DNA of 40,000 bases from Halosimplex carlsbadense 2-9-1 (GCF_000337455.1 NZ_AOIU01000031.1:20872-60871); one strand, 5' to 3'; shown: positions 11,034-19,600, numbered from the stretch's first letter. Numbers and translations: made by a program. Notes: generated from the letters alone by a model not told the origin.

Positions 11034-11768
11034 ATGAGAATCAGCTTCGCTCTCGCGCTGCTCGGCTGTCTCGCCGTCGCTGGGTGCGTCGGTGGGCCGG
11101 CCACCCCGACACCTGCGGTCGAGGCCGACACTCCCTCGGGGACGCCCGCCGTGTCACCGACGGCGTCTCCGAGTCCGACCCCGGATGCTACCCGAACGCC
11201 GACGCCGACGGGGCCGACTGGGACGCAGTCGGCGACCGAGACCGCGTCGGCGACGGCGACCGTCCCGCGAGGCAACGTCTCTGTCGAGTATGTGATCCGG
11301 ATGGACTCGCTCCCGGACCACGTCGCGAACGTCACCCTCGAATTCGGAGGCGTCTACTTCTCGGAGCGCCCGGACGACATCGACTCGTGCGCCGGGGTGG
11401 CCCCGCCCATGGACAACCGGTACGATCCGACCCCGACGCCGCTTCCGACTCCGGCGGGCGCGTGCTGGGACGCGGGGAGCGCGTCCGCCGTCACGTTCGT
11501 ACCCGGTGACGGCGAGCGGTCGCTCGGCACGTTCGAAGCACCCGGTCGCTTCGACGGTGGCGACATGCTGGTCGTCCGAGACGTGGTCGTCCGGCTGGAG
11601 AACGGCACCGCCGCGACGAAGGTCTACGACACCGACTTCACCCTCGCTCGGACCGAGCCGACGACGGAGACCGTCGGCCTCGCGGTCTCGATATCGTACG
11701 ACCCCGACTCGACCGACCGACCCTGGGACTACACCGTCGAGACGTCGCTGTTCGACCCCACGGACTGA
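11034..11768 (+). CDS. lipoprotein, function unknown
   Basis: ORF 11034..11768. Signal peptide with lipobox (MRISFALALLGCLAVAGC), then a Thr/Pro/Ser-rich linker and a globular domain. Confidence 0.7.
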   Translation: MRISFALALLGCLAVAGCVGGPATPTPAVEADTPSGTPAVSPTASPSPTPDATRTPTPTGPTGTQSATETASATATVPRGNVSVEYVIRMDSLPDHVANVTLEFGGVYFSERPDDIDSCAGVAPPMDNRYDPTPTPLPTPAGACWDAGSASAVTFVPGDGERSLGTFEAPGRFDGGDMLVVRDVVVRLENGTAATKVYDTDFTLARTEPTTETVGLAVSISYDPDSTDRPWDYTVETSLFDPTD

Positions 11769-11801
11769 TCGGTCGGCCGCGACGTATCGGTCGACCGCCG
11801 G

Positions 11802-12326
11802 TCAGTGCAGCGTCCCCTCGCGCTCCTCCACGTCGTAGGCGAACAGCGCGTACCCCACGTCGTCCACCGAGTAGCCGGTCTCGCCGGCGATCTCCCGTAT
11901 CGGCTCGATCATCGTCACGTAGTCGGCGGCGTCGAACGACTCCTTGCGCCCGTCGAGGTAGCCGAGGCGGGCGAGCGACGCCCACACGCGGGTGTCGACG
12001 ACGGCGTGGCGCTCGGGGTCCAGCGCGGTCAGGACGCAGGAAGCCGTCGGGGCCTTGAACCCCGAGAGGCCGGTCAGCAGCTGGACCTTCGAGAAGTCAC
12101 CGTCGACGAGGCGGACGTTCCCGGTCACCTCCCGACACCGCTCGGGCGGGTTCGATTCGACGTGGTAGGCGCTCCGGGTGGAGCTCTCGTAGGCGATCTC
12201 GTAGAGCTGGTCGCGCGTGAGGTGGCCCTGTTCCCGGTAGGCTCGCCCGAACTCGGCGAGGCGGTCGGGGTCGAGTCCCTGTGTGTTCTCGTAGGCAACG
12301 AGGGCGTCGGCGATCAACTCCTCCAT
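11802..12326 (-). CDS. conserved hypothetical protein with helix-hairpin-helix-like motif
   Basis: ORF 11802..12356 (-). ATG at 12326 (MEELIADALV) is preferred. LTGLSGFKAPTASCVLTAL resembles the LxGxGxxTAxxxL HhH motif of EndoIII-type proteins. That resemblance is inference only. Confidence 0.6.
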   Translation of the reverse strand: MEELIADALVAYENTQGLDPDRLAEFGRAYREQGHLTRDQLYEIAYESSTRSAYHVESNPPERCREVTGNVRLVDGDFSKVQLLTGLSGFKAPTASCVLTALDPERHAVVDTRVWASLARLGYLDGRKESFDAADYVTMIEPIREIAGETGYSVDDVGYALFAYDVEEREGTLH

Positions 12327-12504
12327 ACCCGCAAGCAGGGACACAGTGGGCTTCAAACCCGCCGGTTCGTCTCACTCCAGCGGCCGAGCGTGGAGCGGGA
12401 GTCCGCGCGCCCGAGTACGGTCGGCGAGCCTTACCGACGACAAACGCGACCTTACCGCGTCGAAGCGTCGCGAGCGTTTTGTCCCGGCCGGGCGTCGAAC
12501 GGCC

Positions 12505-13077
12505 ATGGGTTCGTTCCTGGTCCTCTACGGGTCGAGCGAGGGACAGACCGCCAAGATCGCCGACCGGATCGCCGCCCGCCTGCGCGGCCGCGGTCACGAC
12601 GCGACCGCCGTCGACGCGGGCGCGCTGGAGACCGATTACTCGCTGGCCGACTTCGACGCGGTCGTGGTCGGCTCGTCCATCCACGTCGGGAAACACCAGG
12701 CGTCGGTCCGCTCGTTCGTCGACGCCAACGCCGGCGCGCTGGCGGCGCTGCCGACCGCCTTCTTCCAGGTCTCGCTGTCCTCGGTCGGCGACGACCCCGA
12801 GCGACGCGCGGAGGCCGCCCGCTACGTCGAGGAGTTCCTCGAAGACACGGGATACCAGCCCGACCGCATCGCTCGCTTCGGCGGCGCGCTCCGCTACTCG
12901 AAGTACGGCTTCCTCAAGCGGCTGCTGATGAAGCGGATCGCGCGCGAGGCGACCGGCGACACCGACACCGCCCGCGACTACGAGTACACCGACTGGGCGG
13001 AGGTCGAGGCGTTCACCGACGATTTCGCCGCCTTCGTCGAGGGACGGCTCGCCACCGGACCGAGTGAATCGGTCTGA
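12505..13077 (+). CDS. flavodoxin-domain protein, HemG-like (menaquinone-dependent protoporphyrinogen oxidase family)
   Basis: Inside ORF 12346..13077. MGSFLVLYGSSEGQTAKIADRIA..., FDAVVVGSSIHVGKH, ARDYEYTDW. TATA-like gcgttttgtc lies about 27 nt upstream of ATG 12505. Confidence 0.8.
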   Translation: MGSFLVLYGSSEGQTAKIADRIAARLRGRGHDATAVDAGALETDYSLADFDAVVVGSSIHVGKHQASVRSFVDANAGALAALPTAFFQVSLSSVGDDPERRAEAARYVEEFLEDTGYQPDRIARFGGALRYSKYGFLKRLLMKRIAREATGDTDTARDYEYTDWAEVEAFTDDFAAFVEGRLATGPSESV

Positions 13078-13171
13078 CGGTCGGCCTCGCCGCCGGGCCC
13101 GTCGGGCCACCGGCTCCGATGCGATAGCCCCGAAACGTTGTTCTTAAGAGTGCAACGCGAGTCATGCCGGT

Positions 13172-14134
13172 ATGAGCAACGAGTCCGAGTCCGAGGAGAC
13201 AGCGCAGGACGCAGCCGACGAGACCGAGGAACAGGCCGAAGCCGAGGGACTCCAGCACGGCGACTTCATCGAACTGGACTACACCGCCCGCACCGTCGAG
13301 GGCGGCGACCTAGTCGACACGACCGACCCCGAGATCGCCGAGGAGGAGGGCGTCGGCGAGGATCAGGAGTTCGCGCCGCGCACGATCGTCCTCGGTGAGG
13401 GCCACGTCTTCGACGCCGTCGAGGAAGACATCGTCGGCAGCGAGGTCGGCGACAACGGTACCGTGACCGTCGCCGCCGCCGACGCGTTCGGCGAGTTCGA
13501 CGACGAGGAGGTCCGCACCATCAGCGCCGACCGCATCCCCGAGGACGACCGCTACCCCGGCGCACACGTCGACATCGACGGCGAGCACGGTCACATCAAC
13601 ACGATCATCGGCGGCCGCGCCCGCGTCGACTTCAACCACCCGCTGGCCGGCGAGGACGTCGAGTACGACTGGGAGGTCCTCTCCGAGGTCACCGACCGCG
13701 AGGAGCGCGCCAGCGCGCTGCTGAACGTCTTCCTCGACATGGACCTCGAAGTCTGGTTCGAGACGGACACCGTCGAGGAGGAGCAGCTCGTCGAGTCCGA
13801 CGAAGACGACGAGGACGACGAGGAGAGCGAACCCGAGTACGAGACCGTCGAGGTCGAGAAGGAGACGCTGTACATCGAGGCGACCCCGCAGCTCACCATG
13901 AACCAGCAGTGGATGATGGGCAAACAGCAGATCGCCCAGCAGCTCACCGACCTGCTCGACATCGACCGCATCATCGTCCAGGAGGAGCTCGGCGGCGGCA
14001 TGGGCATGATGGGCGGCATGGGCGGCATGATGGGCGGCATGGGCGGCGGCGGTGCCGAACTCGAAGAGGCCCTCGAAGACGAGGACATCGACGCCGAGGA
14101 AATCGTCGACGAACTCGAAGGCGCCGAGGAGTAA
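13172..14134 (+). CDS. FKBP-type peptidyl-prolyl cis-trans isomerase, long archaeal form with acidic and GGM-rich tail
   Basis: ORF 13172..14134. FKBP/IF-domain core (HGDFIELDYTARTVEGGDLVDTT, GEGHVFDAVEEDIVG, VDFNHPLAGEDVEYDWEVLSV-like). A poly-acidic stretch and GGGMGMMGGMGGMMGGMGGGG lie near the C-terminus. Confidence 0.85.
   Translation: MSNESESEETAQDAADETEEQAEAEGLQHGDFIELDYTARTVEGGDLVDTTDPEIAEEEGVGEDQEFAPRTIVLGEGHVFDAVEEDIVGSEVGDNGTVTVAAADAFGEFDDEEVRTISADRIPEDDRYPGAHVDIDGEHGHINTIIGGRARVDFNHPLAGEDVEYDWEVLSEVTDREERASALLNVFLDMDLEVWFETDTVEEEQLVESDEDDEDDEESEPEYETVEVEKETLYIEATPQLTMNQQWMMGKQQIAQQLTDLLDIDRIIVQEELGGGMGMMGGMGGMMGGMGGGGAELEEALEDEDIDAEEIVDELEGAEE
13991..14053 (+). repeat. in-frame GGC/ATG microsatellite-like repeat encoding the G/M tail
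   Basis: ggcggcggc atg ggc atg atg ggc ggc atg ggc ggc atg atg ggc ggc atg ggc ggc ggc ggt, read directly. Confidence 0.8.
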
Positions 14135-14194
14135 GCGCCCTCTCTCCGCTCTCGCCGACCCGTCAGCGACGGCGCTCTGCCGACGGCTCGCCGG

Positions 14195-14587
14195 TCAGCC
14201 GTCGTCGCTCGGCCGTCGCCCGTCCAGCACCGCGTTGCAACTGTTGACGAACTGTCCGAGCCCCTGCGCCACGTCCCGGTCGAGCGAGACGACGATACCG
14301 CTGCCCTCGGACTCCCGGAAGTGGAGGACGGCGGCGCGGTCGTGCAGTTCGACGGTCGCTTGTCGGTCGCCGAGTCGGTCGTACCGCTCCGCAGGGACGA
14401 TCGACTCGCTGGCCCGTGCCCGGTCCGCGATAGCCGGGAGCGCGGATTTCAGCTCCTCGGTCGTCACGTCGTCGCGGAGATACAGCGCTTCCCAGCCGTC
14501 GTTGTCGTACCGGACCGCGCCCCGGAAGGCGTCGCCCGCCCTGTTGTGGACCAGCTGAACGAACGGTTGGTATCGGTTCGGAGGCAT
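14195..14587 (-). CDS. conserved hypothetical cytoplasmic protein
   Basis: Inside ORF 14195..14770 (-). ATG 14587 (MPPNRYQPFVQLVHNRAGDAFRGAVRYDNDGWEALYLRDD...) gives a compact acidic 130-aa protein. The upstream extension is Arg-rich. Confidence 0.65.
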   Translation of the reverse strand: MPPNRYQPFVQLVHNRAGDAFRGAVRYDNDGWEALYLRDDVTTEELKSALPAIADRARASESIVPAERYDRLGDRQATVELHDRAAVLHFRESEGSGIVVSLDRDVAQGLGQFVNSCNAVLDGRRPSDDG

Positions 14588-14750
14588 TGCCGGGCCAACG
14601 TGACAGAACGGTTTCAATCTATGGGCTGGGCCCCTCCGTCCGCGGACCCGACGTTTTTTTGCCCGGCCGCCGACACCTCGCTCACGAGTCTCGCGACCGT
14701 CCGTCCGAGCGTATCGCCGCCCCCACCCAACCCGCGGATCCCTCCAGCCA

Positions 14751-15461
14751 ATGCAACACCGAGGCCTCACGGTCCCGAAGCGCGCGCTCGTAGCGACGGC
14801 CGCCGCGCTCTGTGCGGTCGCGCTCGCCAGCGCGGCGTCGTCGCTCGACGCGTCGCTCTCGACGCCCGTCGCGTCCGACCCCGGGGGCTCGACCGCCGGC
14901 GGGACGTCCCTGCTGGCGTTGCTTCTGGCGTTCCTCCGGGCGTTGCTCTCGATGTTCGGGATCTCGTCCGAGTTACCCGCCAGCGGCTTCGGCGGCTCGT
15001 CCGTGTTCCGGATGCTGCTCGCGGCGCTGGGCGCGGCCTACCGATATCGGCTCGCGCTCGTCGGCGCAGCGGCGGTCCTGACGCTCGCGGCGCTCGCGTC
15101 TCGGCGAGCCGGCGGCATCGGTGTCCTGGCCGGTCGTCGGCGAGCGGGCGACCCTTCGAGCGACGATGAAGGGGATCGATCTGCGCGAAAGTGGCCCCAG
15201 GGAGACCCCGACGAAGTGGTCGAACGCGCCTGGGTCGACCTCGTCGAGCGGGCCGACGCGACCGACCCGGTCGCCCGCACGCCCGCGGAGGTCCGCCGAA
15301 GCGCGGTCGAGGCGGGACTGGACCCCGACGCCGTCGAGACGCTCACGGAGTCGTTCCGAGCGGCCAGGTACAGCGGTGACTCCCCGGATGAGACCCGGCG
15401 GGCCGCGGTCCGACGGGCGCGACGCGCACTGGCGGACGACAGCGGGGGCGAGCCCGGATGA
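14751..15461 (+). CDS. DUF4129 domain-containing membrane protein
   Basis: ORF 14751..15461. N-terminal signal/TM segments. C-terminal TPAEVRRSAVEAGLDPDAVETLTESFRAARYSG is the characteristic DUF4129 region. Confidence 0.75.
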   Translation: MQHRGLTVPKRALVATAAALCAVALASAASSLDASLSTPVASDPGGSTAGGTSLLALLLAFLRALLSMFGISSELPASGFGGSSVFRMLLAALGAAYRYRLALVGAAAVLTLAALASRRAGGIGVLAGRRRAGDPSSDDEGDRSARKWPQGDPDEVVERAWVDLVERADATDPVARTPAEVRRSAVEAGLDPDAVETLTESFRAARYSGDSPDETRRAAVRRARRALADDSGGEPG

Positions 15462-16057
15462 CGGAGTGGAGGAGCCGGTTTCGCGCGGCGACGACCGCCG
15501 TCGGCGCGGTAGCGCTGGCGGTCGCACTCGCCCTCGCCGGGGCGGTGAACGTGGGCGTCGTCCCGCTCGGATCCGTGCGCCTCCCGTGGAGTGATTCGGC
15601 CGTCGTCGCCGGGTTCGCGACGGTCGCCGTCTGCGCGCTCGCGCTCGTCGTGAACCACCGGTTGCTGCTCGGCAGTTCGTCGACCCTGTCGGCTGAGACG
15701 GCGGAAGCGTCCGCGCCCGTCTCCCGGTCCGGTATCGACTTCGACGAGCGATTTGGACGTCCGTTCTCCTCGGCCCCTCGAACGGACGCGGAGCGACGAC
15801 GGACGCGCGACCGGCTCCGAGAGACCGCCGTTCGAACGGTCGCCCGTCGGCGGTCGGTCTCCCGGGAGCGAGCGGAGCGCCTCGTCGCGCGCGGCGACTG
15901 GACCGACGACGCCGCCGCCGCCGCGTTCCTCGGGGACCAGTCTGCGCCCCGTCGGGTCCGCCTCGGGCGGCGGGTCTCGACGCGACTCGCGTTCCGGTAC
16001 CAGGCACGGCGGGCCGCTCGCGCCGTCGTCGCGGCCGACGGGAGGCCGGATTCGTGA
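15458..16057 (+). CDS. two-TM membrane protein of the DUF4129/DUF58 operon
   Basis: ORF 15458..16057. Its ATG overlaps the upstream TGA (ATGA). Two N-terminal helices are followed by an Arg-rich cytoplasmic tail. Confidence 0.65.
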   Translation: MTEWRSRFRAATTAVGAVALAVALALAGAVNVGVVPLGSVRLPWSDSAVVAGFATVAVCALALVVNHRLLLGSSSTLSAETAEASAPVSRSGIDFDERFGRPFSSAPRTDAERRRTRDRLRETAVRTVARRRSVSRERAERLVARGDWTDDAAAAAFLGDQSAPRRVRLGRRVSTRLAFRYQARRAARAVVAADGRPDS

Positions 16058-17520
16058 CCGACGGCGACGCGGACTGCGACGACTCCGGCGACACGCTCCC
16101 GAGTCGCGAACGGACGGGTCGGTGGCTGACCGCTGTGGCGGTCACCCTCGGGGTCGGGTCAGTCGGCGTCTACTTCGGGCGCCCGTCGCTGCTTCTCGCG
16201 GCCGTCGTCGGCCTCGCCTACACGGCCTATCCGCTCGTGACGGCCGAACTGGCCCCCAGCCTCACACTCGTGCGAGCGGTCGACGACGCCTCGCCCGCGC
16301 ACGGCGAGACGGTGACCGTCACGGCGACGGTGACGAACACGGGCTCGCAGACCGTCCCGGACGTTCGGTTCGTCGACGGTGTGCCGCCGACGCTGGCCGT
16401 CACCGGGGGAACCCCGCGGCGCGCCGACGCACTCGCGCCGGGCGAATCCGCGACCGTCGGATACACCGTCGAAGCCAGTCCCGGAACGCATCGGTTCGAA
16501 CCGGCGACGGTGACCTGCTACGACCGCAGCGGTGCCGTCCGCGTCGAAACCGAACTCCAGGCCGGGACCGGCTCAGACCGGAACGACAGGACGAACGAGA
16601 CCGGCGGACCCGGCGGAGCCGGCAGGACCGACGAGCCCAACGACGCCCCGGCCGTGTCGACGCTGGAGTGTTCGGTCCCGGTCGATGGGGTCCCGTCGCC
16701 CCGGGAGACGCTGCGCGCGACGGGGCGGACCGCCGTCGACACCGGCGGGTCGGGCGTCGAGTTCCACCGCACTCGCGAGTACCGACCGGGCGACCCCGCC
16801 GACCGGATCGACTGGCGGCGCTACGCCCGCACCGGCGCGCTGACGACCGTCGAGTTCCGGCCGGACCGTCGGCGGTCGGTCGTCGTCTGCCTCGACGCGC
16901 GACCGCGGTCGGTCCGTCGGGCCGGTGACGGCGAGGCGGACGCCGTGACCGCCGGTGGCGCCGCGGCGGCCGCTCTCGCGACGACGTTCCTCGACCGCGG
17001 GGCACGCGTCGGCGTCGCCCGCCTCGGCCCTCGCTTCGAGTTGGTTGCCCCCGGCGACGGTCGCTACCACCACCAACGAGTCACCGCGTTGTTGACCGCT
17101 CCGCCCGAGGAGTCGACGACCGCGTTCGACAGGGAAAACGCAGGTACGGAACCCACCACGGCGGCCGGTGGCGTTGGCGGACCGGCGGCTTCGTCGAGTT
17201 CGGCGAACGGGTTCGCGGCGCAGGTCGACGAGGTGCTGGAACGGACGAGCGGGGCCGCCGAGGTCGTGATTGTGACGCCGCTGCTCGACGAATTCGGCGT
17301 CGACGCCGTGCGCCGCGCTGCCGAACGGGGACGCGGCGTCGCGACGCTCAGTCCGGACGTGACGAGCGACGAATCGCTGGGTGCCGAGCTAGCCGGCGTC
17401 GAACGTCGCAACCGGATCGAGACGCTGCGGTCGACGGGGGTCCCGGTCGGCGATTGGCGGCCCGGTGACCCCGTGCGGTGGTCCCGGAGGGAGGGGGGTG
17501 TCCGCCGAGATGGACGGTGA
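16054..17520 (+). CDS. DUF58 domain-containing protein
   Basis: ORF 16054..17520 with a GTGA overlap to the upstream gene. N-terminal TM pair and a beta-sandwich-like segment (GETVTVTATVTNTGSQTVPDVRFVDGVP). DUF58 core EFHRTREYRPGDPADRIDWRRYARTGALTTVEFRPDRRRSVVVCLD. Confidence 0.8.
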   Translation: MTDGDADCDDSGDTLPSRERTGRWLTAVAVTLGVGSVGVYFGRPSLLLAAVVGLAYTAYPLVTAELAPSLTLVRAVDDASPAHGETVTVTATVTNTGSQTVPDVRFVDGVPPTLAVTGGTPRRADALAPGESATVGYTVEASPGTHRFEPATVTCYDRSGAVRVETELQAGTGSDRNDRTNETGGPGGAGRTDEPNDAPAVSTLECSVPVDGVPSPRETLRATGRTAVDTGGSGVEFHRTREYRPGDPADRIDWRRYARTGALTTVEFRPDRRRSVVVCLDARPRSVRRAGDGEADAVTAGGAAAAALATTFLDRGARVGVARLGPRFELVAPGDGRYHHQRVTALLTAPPEESTTAFDRENAGTEPTTAAGGVGGPAASSSSANGFAAQVDEVLERTSGAAEVVIVTPLLDEFGVDAVRRAAERGRGVATLSPDVTSDESLGAELAGVERRNRIETLRSTGVPVGDWRPGDPVRWSRREGGVRRDGR

Positions 17521-18244
17521 CCGCTCGCCCGATACCGGCCCGGCGTTCCCGGGGAGCGCGGTCGCAGTGGTCGCTGCGGTCGGCGCGATGGCACTGCTCG
17601 CGACCGACCCGCTCGGACTCGCCGTCGTCGCCGTCGCCGGGACCGGAGCCGGGACGCTCCTCCTCGGTGGTTATCTGCGGTTCCGCGGTCGCCGCGTCGT
17701 CGGTTTGCTCGCGCTGACCGCCGGGCTCGCGACGGTGCTCGTCGCGGTCGGGCTCGCGACCGTCTACCCCGCCGGCTGGGTCACGCGGGTGTCGCTCGTG
17801 TTCGGGACGGTCGGACCGGGCGTCCTCGCCGCCGCGCTCGTCCCGCTGCGGCGCTCGTGGGCCGGACGGCTGGTGGGTCTCGCCACCGCACTGCTCGTCG
17901 GCGCAGTCGCGCTGCGGGGATTCCTCTCCGGGACCGGTCGGGTATCGCTGCTGGTCGCCCTCGCCGGCGTCGTGGTCGCCTGGGACGCCGCCGAGCACGC
18001 GGTCGGACTCGGCGCCGACGTGGGCCGGGGGGCGGTGACGGTCGGCGTGTCGGCGACCCATCTTGTCGGCTCGCTCTCGGTCGGCCTCGTCGCCGTCGTC
18101 GCCGCGGTCGGACTGTACGCGATCGGTCCCTCGTCGGTGCCGCTCGTCTCCGTCGTCGCCCTGCTCGCCGCGGTCGTCGGCCTGCTCGCGGCGCTCGCGG
18201 TCGACCACGTCCCCGCCGGTGACGGCGTGGATCTGGAGCCGTGA
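17510..18244 (+). CDS. polytopic membrane protein (last gene of DUF58 operon)
   Basis: Inside ORF 17465..18244. ATG 17510 overlaps the DUF58 stop by 11 nt. About 7 Ala/Val/Leu/Gly-rich helices. Confidence 0.65.
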   Translation: MDGDRSPDTGPAFPGSAVAVVAAVGAMALLATDPLGLAVVAVAGTGAGTLLLGGYLRFRGRRVVGLLALTAGLATVLVAVGLATVYPAGWVTRVSLVFGTVGPGVLAAALVPLRRSWAGRLVGLATALLVGAVALRGFLSGTGRVSLLVALAGVVVAWDAAEHAVGLGADVGRGAVTVGVSATHLVGSLSVGLVAVVAAVGLYAIGPSSVPLVSVVALLAAVVGLLAALAVDHVPAGDGVDLEP

Positions 18245-18291
18245 ACTCGACGGTGAGCGGAGACTCTCCGGGAGAAGCCGGACCGGGACCC

Positions 18292-18921
18292 TCAGGCGAT
18301 ATCGCGGCTCGTGTCGATCGACACCTGCTCGACCAGATCGAGTTTGATGATGTCGGTCGGGGCGCGGCCGCCGCGGAACTTGGGGATCGCGAGGCGGTTC
18401 TCCACCTCGTCGGAGGTGATCGTCGTCTCCAGCTGGAAGATCACGTCGGCGAAGTGCTCCGTGGTGTCTCGCAACGGCGGGACGCTGCGGCCGTCGAGGC
18501 AGTGGACGATGGCGAGACTGCCCGTGTTGACGATGTGGTTCTGCAGGTCGTTCAGAAACGAGCGGTACCGCGACGGCGGTTCCTGGGCTTCGAGCACGTC
18601 GAGCGGGTCGACGATGAGATTCGAGGTCTCGGGGAGCGCGCTGACGAGCTTGCTCGCGTTGTCCAGCGGCGCCTCGCCCGAGATGTGGCGGACCGTGGGG
18701 TCGCCGGTGCTGGCGGGTGACTGCTCGATACTGGCCGTGACCGACTGAGCGGTACGGTCGAGCGAAAGGTACAGCGTGCCGCGGGTCGCGGTCAACTCGT
18801 AAAGGAACAGCTCCGCCTGGCTGGCCGGCTGGGCGCTGAGAGCGACGATGCTCCCTTCCGGGATCCCACCCCCGAGCTTCCGGTCGAGGACATCGATGCC
18901 CGTGTGTAGCCGGTTAACCAT
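18292..18921 (-). CDS. KaiC/RecA-superfamily (RAD55-like) protein lacking a Walker A P-loop
   Basis: Inside ORF 18292..19014 (-). ATG 18921 (MVNRLHTGIDVLDRKLGGGIPEGSIVALSAQPASQAELFLYEL). The GxxxxGK[ST] position reads SAQPASQAE. A Walker-B-like NLIVDPLDVLE is retained. Confidence 0.75.
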   Translation of the reverse strand: MVNRLHTGIDVLDRKLGGGIPEGSIVALSAQPASQAELFLYELTATRGTLYLSLDRTAQSVTASIEQSPASTGDPTVRHISGEAPLDNASKLVSALPETSNLIVDPLDVLEAQEPPSRYRSFLNDLQNHIVNTGSLAIVHCLDGRSVPPLRDTTEHFADVIFQLETTITSDEVENRLAIPKFRGGRAPTDIIKLDLVEQVSIDTSRDIA

Positions 18922-18935
18922 TCCACTGGATGGTT
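18916..18935. promoter_or_regulatory. near-perfect palindrome spanning the start codon/TSS of the KaiC-like gene
   Basis: aaccat-t-cca-c-tgg-atggtt: 9-bp arms with one bulged base. It lies between the TATA-like box and codon 2 of the minus-strand gene. Confidence 0.35.
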
Positions 18936-18947
18936 CTGATCCCACAA

Positions 18948-18958
18948 GATTAAATATT
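18948..18958 (-). promoter_or_regulatory. TATA-like box embedded in the last codons/stop of the MinD-like gene
   Basis: The minus strand reads aatatttaatc. It contains the TAA stop (18950-18952) of the upstream gene and lies about 30 nt before ATG 18921. Confidence 0.45.
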
Positions 18959-19600
18959 CCGCCTCGCGAGCGCCGTTGCGAGCCGATCGTACGACGCGCG
19001 TCCGACCCGGTCACCCAGCACGTCCCCCGCTATCTCCGGGATCGTCGCCAACACCGGTTCGAGCGCGCGAACGGGACCCCCCTCACGAGCGGAGACGCCG
19101 GACGGGGAACCGTCGGTCCGCGTGAGGACGCTCCCGACGACTCGGGCGCCCAGCGTCTCGGCCATCCGCGCGGTCTTGGCGGCGTCGTCGAGGCTCGCCG
19201 ACCGGTCGGTCGAGACGACGAGCGCCCCGTCGGCGTGACGGAGCGGCGCGGCGGCGGCGTCCGTCGCGCCCGCGGGACAGTCCAGGATCACCCGCTGGCG
19301 AGCGCGCCGGAGTCGACGGAGCGCCGTCCGGTCGAGCGGCCCCGACGCGCCCCCGGCCGGGAGCACGTCGACGCCTGGGACGACGGTACTCCGGTGGGTC
19401 GACGCGGCGATCGAATCGCCGTCGGCGACGGCGTCGACGCCCGGCGAGCGGTCCGTGTCGGCCATCGTGTGCAGGTTGGGCATGTCGCAGTCGGCGTCGA
19501 CGACGAGCGGCCGCCCGCCGTCACGCGCGAGCGCTGCCGCCAGGCCCAGCGCAGTCGTCGTCTTCCCACAGCCACCCTTCCCGCCGGCAATCGCGAGCAT
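18950..19600 (-). CDS. MinD/ParA-family P-loop ATPase
   Basis: ORF 18950..19600 (-). Deviant Walker A MLAIAGGKGGCGKTTTALGLA, with VVDADCDMPNL and VILDCPAG motifs. Confidence 0.85.
   Translation of the reverse strand: MLAIAGGKGGCGKTTTALGLAAALARDGGRPLVVDADCDMPNLHTMADTDRSPGVDAVADGDSIAASTHRSTVVPGVDVLPAGGASGPLDRTALRRLRRARQRVILDCPAGATDAAAAPLRHADGALVVSTDRSASLDDAAKTARMAETLGARVVGSVLTRTDGSPSGVSAREGGPVRALEPVLATIPEIAGDVLGDRVGRASYDRLATALARRNI

Noticed and set aside
9061-11335. 521-aa (+) and 629-aa (-) ORFs across uxuA, the lactonase and the lipoprotein gene
   Set aside because: Shadow ORFs typical of GC-rich DNA. They span three independently supported genes and intergenic gaps.
12335-12375. tRNA-like T-arm (gggcttcaaacccgcc) in the divergent promoter region
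   Set aside because: The flanks do not pair into a T stem, and no acceptor or anticodon arms can be built around it.
14651-14668. T7 run (cgacgtttttttgcccgg) as a terminator
   Set aside because: No plus-strand gene ends nearby. It lies in a divergent promoter region, so it is more likely promoter or UTR sequence. Its function is not assignable.
14973-16928. 390-aa (-) and 391-aa (+) ORFs over the DUF4129/DUF58 operon
   Set aside because: Arg/Pro/Gly-rich alternative frames. The chosen frames show TM helices, DUF motifs and start/stop coupling.
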